Shown here one piece after another: positions 56,028 through 64,000 of a stretch of 64,000 nt of DNA. The stretch covers positions 8,520 through 72,519 of the forward strand of contig JAJDUI010000014.1 of NCBI GenBank assembly GCA_022826745.1, read 5' to 3'. The position numbers and the translations under genes are program-made. Each line of letters starts with the position of its first letter. The first letter of the stretch is position 1. The notes under the pieces were generated by a model. It was not told where the DNA came from, searched no databases, and worked only from the letters and a program-made list of their open reading frames with translations. Source of the stretch: Thermoanaerobaculia bacterium. GTDB taxonomy: Bacteria; Acidobacteriota; Thermoanaerobaculia; Multivoradales; Multivoraceae.

Positions 56028-59000
56028 ATGCCGAACGCGACGGGCAAGCAACTCTCGCTGCTGATGGACCAGCCGGACGCCGCGTTCCGCGTCCACGCCT
56101 CGCACCGGCTGGAGACGCTGGCGAAGCGGCTCGCCGAGGAAATGAGCCGGAACCCTGCGGAACCGCTGGAGCCGGAACGGCTCGTGGTGCCCGATGCACT
56201 GCTCGGCCAGTGGCTGCGGCTGGAACTCGCCTCCCATCTCGGGGTGGCCGCACATCTGCGAGTCGAGCAACCGGCGCAGTTCGCCTGGGCCGCGATGCGC
56301 GAAGGGGTCGCCGAGCTGACCGGTGAGTCGGTCTACGGGCCGCCTCACCTGCGCTGGCGGATCTTCGAGCGTTTGAAGAACTGGACGGGCGACGACGAGA
56401 TCGCGCGCTACCTCGAGGACGGCGACTCTCGCAAGCGTTTCGAACTCGCCGATCAACTCGCGGTCGCCTACGACCGTTGCCGGGTCTACCGGCCGGACGC
56501 CATCAGGGCGTGGCAGCAAGGCCAGGGAAGTGGCTGGCACGCACGGTTGTGGCGGGAACTCGCACCGGCAGCGCCCGGCGCCGAACACTGGGTCGACGCC
56601 ATCGACCGCTATCGGGACTGGCTGGAGCAACGGCCGCGTGCGGCCGGGACGAGACAGCGCGTGAGCTTCTTCCACCCCGCCACGCTGTCGCCCACCTACG
56701 TCGAGGTGCTCAGGCTCGCCGCGCGAGTCATGGACGTCCATCTCTACCTGCTAAGCCCCAGCCGCGACTTCTGGAGCAGGCCGCCAGACGCCGGGGACGT
56801 CGAGTCCAACGAACTGCTCGACGCCTGGGGCCGTTCGGCACGGGACCTGCGCGCTCTGATCGGCGCCGGGACCGGGCGTGCAGGAAGCGCCGCGGAAGAC
56901 CTTGCCGATGTCGCCGCTCGCCCGACCTGCCTGGCCTCGGTCCAGCGGCACATTCTCGAGGGCGATCCGCAGGCGCCGGCGGCCGCGGACGCCAGGACCG
57001 GGCCGGACGACTCGATCCAGATCCACGTCTGCCACTCGCCGACCCGCGAGGTCGAGGTCCTGCACGACCGTCTGCTGGGCCTCTTCGACACGCATGCCGA
57101 CATCCAGCCGGCCGACGTGCTGGTCCTCACGCCCGACCTCGACACCTACGCGCCCCTGGTCGAGGCGGTGTTCGAGTCCGCCGACCGGATCGGTGTCAGC
57201 ATCGGCAGGCGACGACTCAAGGAAGGCGCCGCGCTGGCCGCCTTTCTCGACCTCCTCGAGCTTCCGGGCTCCCGGTACGCGGCGAACGACGTGCTGGCGC
57301 CGCTGCTCGCCGAATCCGTGCGTGTCCGGTTCGGCATCACGGACACCGGTCTGGCGACGATCCGGGGAGCGGTCGCCATGGCCAGGATCCGCTGGGGAAG
57401 GGACGGCGAACACCGTACCGACCTCGACGTACCGGCTTCCCCGAACCACAACTGGCGCCGCGGCCTGGACCGGCTCCTGCTTGGCTACGCGATGCACGAA
57501 GACGAAACGCTCGTCGACGGCATCGCGCCCAGCGGGCTCGACCACTGGGGCCAGCACACCGGCGCGGCCGACTACGAACTGTTCGGCCGCTTTCGCCGCT
57601 ACTGCGACCTCGCCTTCGCGCTGAACGACTGGACACACGCCGAACACGACGCCTCCGGGTGGCTGGAACGCCTTCAGTACGAAGTCCTGGAAGGTTTCTT
57701 CACCAGCGACTATCGCGCCGGGCCCGAAGCGGTCCGCGAAGTGAACACGGTGTCCCGGCTGCTCTCCGAGTTCGATGAGGAGTGCAAGCGAGCGGGCGCC
57801 GGCGGCGGCATCCCGTTTCACGTCCTGCGCGACGTGCTGAACGACATGGCCGAGAAGGCCGCCCGTTCGGCGCCCCGACTGGACGACGGCATCGCGGTCG
57901 CGGACCTCGCTTCGGGGCAGGTCTTCCCGGCCAGGGTGATTTGCGCCGTGGGCATGAACGACCGCGCCTTCCCACGCAGGCCGCGGCCCCCGCAGTTCGA
58001 CTTCCAGGCCGACCTCTTCGAAGGCGAGGCGCGACAGCCCGGCGACCGCGACCGCCGCAACGAGGACCGCTTCGCCTTCCTTGAAGCCCTGCTCGCTGCA
58101 CGGCGCCACTTCGTACTGACGTACACCGGGCGCGACCTCCAGGAGGACAGGCCGATCCCGCCATCCGCAGTGGTCAGCGAGCTGGCCGAGTACCTGGAAC
58201 AGCTCTCCCCGGACGCCGAGAACGACGAAGAAGAACGTGATCGCTGGGCCACCCGACACCCGTTGCAGCCATTCAGCCCCAAGTACTTCGAGCCGGGCAG
58301 CACCGAGCTGTTCAGCTACTCGGAGTCGATGCGCAACGCCGCCGAGGCCCTTCGTACGAGCGGCCAGGAGCCCAGCCGCTTCGCCGGCGAACTCGCCGCG
58401 GAGCTTCGCGAAGAGCCCGTGGAACTCGAGCTGGAGGACCTCGTTCGCTTCGCCGCCAGCCCTTCCCAGGACTTTCTCCGCAAGCGGCTGGACATCCTCC
58501 TCGACGTCCGGGAAGACGACGTGGCCTCCGACGAGCCGCTCGACCTGAACGCACTGGAAGCCTGGCAACTGAAGAGCGATCTGGCGGGAATTGACGAACA
58601 GGACGACGATCGGACAATCGGGCTGGCCGCGGCCCGGGGCCTGCTGCCGCCGCGGAACCTCGGCCTCGTCCAGCACCGGCAGTCCGCCGCCCAGGTCGCG
58701 GCGCTGATGGGGGAACTCCGGCCGTTCCAGCGACACCGCGAGGCGCCCCCGCACGGGGTCGAGGTCGCGTTCGGGAACGTCCGTCTGGTCGGTGCGGTCG
58801 GGCAGTTCGACCAGGGAAAGAACGAGCTGCTCTTCTGGCGCATCGGGAGGCTCCGCGCCAAGGACCGAATCGCGGTCTGGCTCCGGCTCCTGGCGCTCAT
58901 CGCCGGCCGGCAGGAACCGGCGACAGCTCATCTGGTCGGCGGCAGGGACCAGGTCGAGTGCCTCGCGCTCCAGGGTCCCGAGCCGGACGACGCACGGTCA

Positions 59001-59246
59001 CTGCTAGGCGACTGGGTCGAGGTCTGGCGCGAGAGCCGCGGCAAGCCGCTACCGCTCTTCGCCTCGACTTCGTGGGCATGGCTGGCGAAAGGGAAGGAGG
59101 GCGCCCGGAACGAGTGGACGAAGACCCCCTGGAGCGAAGGCAACGACGCCCGCCACCGCCTGATCTTCGGCGACGATCCCGTCCGCGACGACTTCGAGCG
59201 TCTGGCCGAACGACTGCTCCGTCCGTTGCGGGAGGCGAGCGCGTGA
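56028..59246 (+). CDS. recC: Exodeoxyribonuclease V gamma subunit
   Basis: SHRLE.LA, WLRLELA, NELL.AWG, SIQIHVCHSPTREVEVLHDRL, W..GLDRLLLG, DRFAFLEALL.AR, HPLQPFS. Confidence 0.95.
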   Translation: MPNATGKQLSLLMDQPDAAFRVHASHRLETLAKRLAEEMSRNPAEPLEPERLVVPDALLGQWLRLELASHLGVAAHLRVEQPAQFAWAAMREGVAELTGESVYGPPHLRWRIFERLKNWTGDDEIARYLEDGDSRKRFELADQLAVAYDRCRVYRPDAIRAWQQGQGSGWHARLWRELAPAAPGAEHWVDAIDRYRDWLEQRPRAAGTRQRVSFFHPATLSPTYVEVLRLAARVMDVHLYLLSPSRDFWSRPPDAGDVESNELLDAWGRSARDLRALIGAGTGRAGSAAEDLADVAARPTCLASVQRHILEGDPQAPAAADARTGPDDSIQIHVCHSPTREVEVLHDRLLGLFDTHADIQPADVLVLTPDLDTYAPLVEAVFESADRIGVSIGRRRLKEGAALAAFLDLLELPGSRYAANDVLAPLLAESVRVRFGITDTGLATIRGAVAMARIRWGRDGEHRTDLDVPASPNHNWRRGLDRLLLGYAMHEDETLVDGIAPSGLDHWGQHTGAADYELFGRFRRYCDLAFALNDWTHAEHDASGWLERLQYEVLEGFFTSDYRAGPEAVREVNTVSRLLSEFDEECKRAGAGGGIPFHVLRDVLNDMAEKAARSAPRLDDGIAVADLASGQVFPARVICAVGMNDRAFPRRPRPPQFDFQADLFEGEARQPGDRDRRNEDRFAFLEALLAARRHFVLTYTGRDLQEDRPIPPSAVVSELAEYLEQLSPDAENDEEERDRWATRHPLQPFSPKYFEPGSTELFSYSESMRNAAEALRTSGQEPSRFAGELAAELREEPVELELEDLVRFAASPSQDFLRKRLDILLDVREDDVASDEPLDLNALEAWQLKSDLAGIDEQDDDRTIGLAAARGLLPPRNLGLVQHRQSAAQVAALMGELRPFQRHREAPPHGVEVAFGNVRLVGAVGQFDQGKNELLFWRIGRLRAKDRIAVWLRLLALIAGRQEPATAHLVGGRDQVECLALQGPEPDDARSLLGDWVEVWRESRGKPLPLFASTSWAWLAKGKEGARNEWTKTPWSEGNDARHRLIFGDDPVRDDFERLAERLLRPLREASA

Positions 59247-62200
59247 TCGCGCCTGCGCCGCGTAACGACGCCTTCAACCGGCCGCTCGACACCGACCTGC
59301 TGATCGAGGCGAGCGCCGGAACGGGCAAGACCTACGCGCTGACCACCCTGGTCGCCCGCCTGATCATCGAAGAGCGGTTCGGCATCGACCGTCTCCTGAT
59401 CGTCACCTTCACGATCTCCGCGGCGGGCGAACTGCGTACGCGTGTACGGCGGCTCCTCCAGGCGGCCCGGCGAGCCGCCTCCGGCGCCAACGTGGGCGCG
59501 GGTTCACAGGCCGGCAGACTGAGGCGGCGCTGGCAGCGGCACGGAATCCGGGACGCGGACGCATTGAGACGCCTCACACGCGCCGTTCGCGACCTCGACC
59601 GGGCCAACATCACGACGATCCACGGCTTCTGCCAGCGGACGCTCGTCGAGTTCGCCCTGCATGCCGGCGCTCCCTTCTCCTTCGAGGTGAGCGGCGACGA
59701 CGCGCTGGACGTCGGCGACGCCGCGCGCGACTTCTGGCGCCGCCGCATGGTGGGCGAACCCGTCCCGTTGCTCGAGTACGCGAAGTCGAACAGGTTCGTC
59801 CAGGACGAAGAGACCACGGAGTGGGTCGTCGGCCATCACGCCAAGGTCCAGGACATCCGGAGCTCCTGCTCGCAGGAGGAGCTGCCGGGCGTGCTCGAGT
59901 CGAAGCGGAGCGCGTGGCTGGAAGCGGTCCGCGCGGCGCAGACCGCATGGTCGGACCCGGAACAGAGAGCCGCCTTCCTTGAGGTTGCCGACCCGTCCCG
60001 ATGGACCGCGACAGCGCGGAAGAGGACACCGGTACGCGTACGAGCCCGAATGGTCATCGAGGCCTTCGATGCCGGCGTCCCGGAGGAACTTGCTCCGGAC
60101 TGCGCCGGCACCTTCGGCACCAGGGCGCTGGAAGCGGGGTTCTACAAGAAGAACCCGCCGCCGGTCGCTCCCCTGTTCGATCACTTCGACAACATCGCGG
60201 AAGCCGGAGCACCGTACGGCGACCTCTGGCTCGCAAGCCAGCGCCGTAGCCTCCTCGGGGACGCCAGGCAGTCCCTGCAGCACACTACCCAGGTTCGCCG
60301 GAGCCTGAGCTTCGACGCCCTGCTCGTTGAACTGCACCGGGCGCTCGACGGGGCCGGAGGCGCCCAACTCGCCGGTCGAATCCGTTCCCGCTACCCCGTT
60401 GCCCTGATCGACGAGTTCCAGGACACGGACCGCCTGCAGGCAAGGATCTTCGAGACGATCTACCCGGGCGGCGCCGAAGCTGCCGACGGGCGCCTCTTCG
60501 TCGTCGGCGACCCGAAGCAGTCCATCTACCGCTTCCGGGGCGCGGACGTCTTCGCCTACCTGGAAGCCCGGAACCGCCTGGGCGGGTCGGGCGAACCACT
60601 GAGTCTGGCGCACAACTTTCGCTCGACGGCCGGACTCATCCGCGCCGTCAACCAGCTTTTTTCACGGAAGCGGCCGTTCGTCCTGTCCGACTTCGACTTT
60701 TCGCGGGCGGTGCCGGCCGACCGGGAGCGCGCGGAGCTCGTCGTCCGGGACGACGAGGACGATGCGGCCCCGTTCCAACTCGTCGTGATCCCGGGCGCCG
60801 ACGGCAAGAGGCGAACCAAGCCGGAGCTGACTTCCCTCGCTGCGCAACTGGCCGCCCGCGACATCGCGCGGCTGATCGCGGCGGGCAAGGCCGGCACGGC
60901 GGAACTCGTCGGCGGCGACCGGCCCCGACCGCTGGCCGCCCGCGACATCGCGGTGCTCGTCCGCAAGGGCGTCCAGGGCAAGGCAGTAGCGGAGGCCCTG
61001 CGCCAGCTCGGGATCGACAGCGTCGAGATGGGCACCGACAACATCTTCGAGTCCGAGGAGGCGGGCAGCCTCTACCGCCTCCTTCACGCCCTCTGCCTGG
61101 ACGAATCCGAGTACAACGCCACCCAACTGCTCCGCGGGGCGCTGGCCGCCGACCTGTTCGGCCTCGACATGGAGGACCTTGCCGCGCTGCGCGACGACGA
61201 CGACGCCTGGAGCGACTGGCGGGGTTTCGCACGCGAGTGGGCCGAAGTCTGGCAGGAGCACGGCATTGCCACTCTGATGCGGGGCATCCTGTTCGCCAGC
61301 GACGCCGCTGACTGCTCGGCGAACCTGCTCGCCTACCCGAACGGCCCGCGGCGGCTGACGAACTACCTGCACCTCACCGACCTGCTCCACGAAGCCGAAA
61401 CCCGGCGGCGACCCTCGCGTCAGGGCCTCCTCGACTGGTTCCGGCAAGCCAGGACGGACGCGCAGGGCACCGACGAGACGGCCCAACTCCGTCTGGAGAG
61501 CGACGAGAACCTGGTGAAGATCGTCACCGCCCACCGGGCCAAGGGTCTGGAGTTCCCGGTCGTCTACTACCCCTTCGCCTGGGACGGCCGCCCGCAGGCG
61601 AGAGGTGGGCAGAGGAAGCCCACGGCCGACTACTACGACCCCGAGCGCCGAACGCCAGTGCTCGATCTCGACCCCTCGGACGACGCCTACGATCGCGAGC
61701 ACGTCGAAGAGCACGCCGACGAACTGCGCCTGCTCTACGTGGCGCTGACGCGGGCCGAACACCGCTGCGTGGTCACCTGGTCACCCGAAGGCGGCGCCGA
61801 ACACGCGCCGCTGGCCTGGCTCCTCCACGGCCGCGGCGCTACGGACCAGAACGACGCCGCCCTGGCGTTGAACGAGAACGCAGCCCGCGTGAGGACGCTG
61901 GGGCCTGGGGAGTGGCTGGCGGAGATCCAGGCCTTCGCCGGCCGCGCGGCCGGAGCCGTCTCGGTGCGGCTGATGGACTCGGCGACGACGAACGGCGAGC
62001 CTGACGCCGGCGACGACGAGGAAACCAGGCACCTCGAGACCCGCCAACTCAAACGCAAGCTCGAACGGATCCGGCAGCGGACGAGCTACTCCGCCCTGTC
62101 GGCTGGGGCCGCCGCGGGCGCCGGCCTGTTCGTGCGCGACCGCGACGACATCGACCTCTCCGACGGAGAAGCCGCCGTCGAACCGACGGCGCCCGCCAAC

Positions 62201-62944
62201 GCGCCAGAACGGGAAGAAGACGGCCCTACCGTCTTCACCTTCCCCAGCGGCGGCCGCTCCGGCCGGTGCCTGCACGAGATCTTCGAGCGGCGGCTCGGCG
62301 ACCCGGACGCCGGAAGCCTGGAGCGGACCTGCGAGGGCGCGCTCGCCCGCTACGGCTTCCAGGACAAGTGGCTGCCGGCCGTCCGAACCCTGGTCGAGAA
62401 CGGCCTGGAGACCCCGCTCACGCCGCCGGGCGAGGCGGGCGGCGTGTTCCGGCTGTCCGACCTCAAGCGGCCCGTCGCCGAGATGGAGTTCCACCTGCCG
62501 CTCCGCAGGCTTCAGCTCGCGGAACTCGCGCACTGCCTCGAAACGCATGGCTACGATCACCGGCTCGCCGGGAGCGACGCCACGACCGACGGCTTCCTGC
62601 ATGGCTTCATCGACCTCACAGCACGGCACGACGGTCGCTGGTACGTCCTCGACTACAAGTCCAACTGGCTCGGCCCGGACCTCGCTTCGTACTCGAAAGC
62701 GGCGATCGCGGAGTCGATGCGCCACCACGGCTACCACCTCCAGTACGTTCTCTACCTGACCGCCCTGCACCGCCTGCTGACACTGCGGCTCAAGGACTAC
62801 GACTACGACCGCCACATCGGCGGCGCCTTCTACCTCTTCCTGCGCGGCATGAGGCCGAACGCTCCCGGCAGCGGCGTGTTCCACGACCGTCCGTCCCGCG
62901 CCTGCATCGAAGCGATCGACGCCTGCTTCGGCGGAACGCCATGA
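59243..62944 (+). CDS. recB: Exodeoxyribonuclease V beta subunit
   Basis: LIEASAGTGKT, TIHGFC, IDEFQDTD, GDPKQSIYRFRGAD, LRLESD, LYVALTRA, nuclease GFIDL..DYKSN. Confidence 0.96.
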   Translation: MIAPAPRNDAFNRPLDTDLLIEASAGTGKTYALTTLVARLIIEERFGIDRLLIVTFTISAAGELRTRVRRLLQAARRAASGANVGAGSQAGRLRRRWQRHGIRDADALRRLTRAVRDLDRANITTIHGFCQRTLVEFALHAGAPFSFEVSGDDALDVGDAARDFWRRRMVGEPVPLLEYAKSNRFVQDEETTEWVVGHHAKVQDIRSSCSQEELPGVLESKRSAWLEAVRAAQTAWSDPEQRAAFLEVADPSRWTATARKRTPVRVRARMVIEAFDAGVPEELAPDCAGTFGTRALEAGFYKKNPPPVAPLFDHFDNIAEAGAPYGDLWLASQRRSLLGDARQSLQHTTQVRRSLSFDALLVELHRALDGAGGAQLAGRIRSRYPVALIDEFQDTDRLQARIFETIYPGGAEAADGRLFVVGDPKQSIYRFRGADVFAYLEARNRLGGSGEPLSLAHNFRSTAGLIRAVNQLFSRKRPFVLSDFDFSRAVPADRERAELVVRDDEDDAAPFQLVVIPGADGKRRTKPELTSLAAQLAARDIARLIAAGKAGTAELVGGDRPRPLAARDIAVLVRKGVQGKAVAEALRQLGIDSVEMGTDNIFESEEAGSLYRLLHALCLDESEYNATQLLRGALAADLFGLDMEDLAALRDDDDAWSDWRGFAREWAEVWQEHGIATLMRGILFASDAADCSANLLAYPNGPRRLTNYLHLTDLLHEAETRRRPSRQGLLDWFRQARTDAQGTDETAQLRLESDENLVKIVTAHRAKGLEFPVVYYPFAWDGRPQARGGQRKPTADYYDPERRTPVLDLDPSDDAYDREHVEEHADELRLLYVALTRAEHRCVVTWSPEGGAEHAPLAWLLHGRGATDQNDAALALNENAARVRTLGPGEWLAEIQAFAGRAAGAVSVRLMDSATTNGEPDAGDDEETRHLETRQLKRKLERIRQRTSYSALSAGAAAGAGLFVRDRDDIDLSDGEAAVEPTAPANAPEREEDGPTVFTFPSGGRSGRCLHEIFERRLGDPDAGSLERTCEGALARYGFQDKWLPAVRTLVENGLETPLTPPGEAGGVFRLSDLKRPVAEMEFHLPLRRLQLAELAHCLETHGYDHRLAGSDATTDGFLHGFIDLTARHDGRWYVLDYKSNWLGPDLASYSKAAIAESMRHHGYHLQYVLYLTALHRLLTLRLKDYDYDRHIGGAFYLFLRGMRPNAPGSGVFHDRPSRACIEAIDACFGGTP

Positions 62945-64000
62945 ACAGCCACGAGCAGATCGACGCCTTGACAGGAGCCGGCGTTCTCGCCGACATCGAC
63001 CGCTACTTTGCCCGGCTGACGATGGACCTCGGCGCCGGCGAGGACGTTGCCCTGGCTGCGGCCACGACCAGCGCGCTGCACCGGAACGGCCACACCTGCC
63101 TCGACCTCGGCAACGCCGGCAAGCCGATCGCGACGCTCGTGGAACGACCCGACTCCGGCCGCCCGGAGGAGACGCTGGCGGCCGACCTGCAGGCGATCGC
63201 CCTGCCCGCGAGCGCCGCGCTGCGCGGGGCGCTGGCTGGAAGCCCCGTCGTCACCACGGACGCGGACGCGGCGAACGACCGGCCCCTCGTACTGGACGGC
63301 GACCGCCTCTACCTGCACCGCCTGTTCCACGCCGAACGCCGGCTGGCGGCGCGTCTGCTCGCCCTGGCAGCGGAGCGGGATCTGTCGGCCGGCGCCGAGT
63401 CCACCGCCGCACGGGTCTTCGACGCCGGGGAAGATCGCACCGCGGAGGCGGTCGCGGCGCTGCGCATCGCGTTGGAGCGGCGGCTCTGCATCGTCACCGG
63501 CGGCCCCGGCACCGGCAAGACGACGCTGGCCGCCAAGCTGATCGCGACGCTCGTCGACACAGGCCTGGCCCACCCGCGCCGGATCGGCCTCGCGGCGCCC
63601 ACCGGAAAGGCCGCCTCGCGCATCCAGGAGTCGGTCCGCGAGAAGCTGGGCGAGGGTCTTCTCGACCGGGTGCCCGAGCTCTGCGAGTTTCCGGCCGAGG
63701 CGTGGACCGTTCACCGCCTGCTGGCGAGCCGGACCAGCCGGATGGACCGCCTCGACGCGCTGGTCGTCGACGAATGCTCGATGGCCGACCTGGCGCTGAT
63801 GGTCCGCCTGGCGACCGCGTTGCCGGAGCATTGCCGGCTGATTCTTCTCGGCGACGCGAACCAACTGGCCTCGGTGGAGCCGGGCTCCGTCTTCAGCGAC
63901 CTCTGCAAGGCGGGCAACCGCGGTCCGCTCACCCACTGCGTGACGACCCTGAGGAAGAACTACCGCTTCGAGGAGCGCTCCGGCATCGGCCGGCTCGCTG
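62941..64000 (+). CDS. recD: Exodeoxyribonuclease V alpha subunit (partial, runs off the window)
   Basis: ATG 62941 overlaps the recB stop; PLVLDGDRLYLHR, TGGPGTGKTT, AAPTGKAA.R, VVDECSM.D, LGDANQLASVE.G. Confidence 0.93.
   Translation, partial: MNSHEQIDALTGAGVLADIDRYFARLTMDLGAGEDVALAAATTSALHRNGHTCLDLGNAGKPIATLVERPDSGRPEETLAADLQAIALPASAALRGALAGSPVVTTDADAANDRPLVLDGDRLYLHRLFHAERRLAARLLALAAERDLSAGAESTAARVFDAGEDRTAEAVAALRIALERRLCIVTGGPGTGKTTLAAKLIATLVDTGLAHPRRIGLAAPTGKAASRIQESVREKLGEGLLDRVPELCEFPAEAWTVHRLLASRTSRMDRLDALVVDECSMADLALMVRLATALPEHCRLILLGDANQLASVEPGSVFSDLCKAGNRGPLTHCVTTLRKNYRFEERSGIGRLA

Noticed and set aside
2283-62884. Many long Arg/Pro/Gly-rich overlapping or antisense ORFs (e.g. 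2283-3950, 8727-10718, 17510-19798, 44637-47168, 56751-58931)
   Set aside because: They overlap well-supported genes, lack motifs, and reflect stop-codon scarcity at high GC

Overview
High-GC (roughly 70% by eye) bacterial chromosome segment. The gene repertoire (VWFA-related domain protein, DUF5916, DUF3500, DUF6152, Oar-type TonB receptor, PQQ propeller, Thr-type sulfatase-like protein) suggests Acidobacteriota; this is inference. It carries an ABC exporter with two Yip1 proteins, secreted hypotheticals, an alternative complex III/Qrc-like respiratory operon, an acyl-CoA carboxylase catabolic operon, nucleotide-sugar and surface-glycan genes, btuB under a cobalamin riboswitch, and recC-recB-recD (recD runs off the end). 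No rRNA, tRNA, CRISPR, integrase or transposase was seen. The most interesting signals are non-coding: (1) three copies of a ~190-200 bp element whose long terminal stem differs in sequence between copies but stays paired around a conserved core, each with an apparent one-sided strand-biased mutation halo; (2) a promoter-driven ~135-nt rod-shaped ncRNA candidate at 3960-4094; (3) three palindromic operators spaced exactly 33 bp apart over the promoter of an AAA/DUF4143 ATPase; (4) a REP-like family, one copy apparently inside a signal-peptide coding region; (5) recurrent leaderless gene starts. Family assignments are from motif recognition only; no database search was run.
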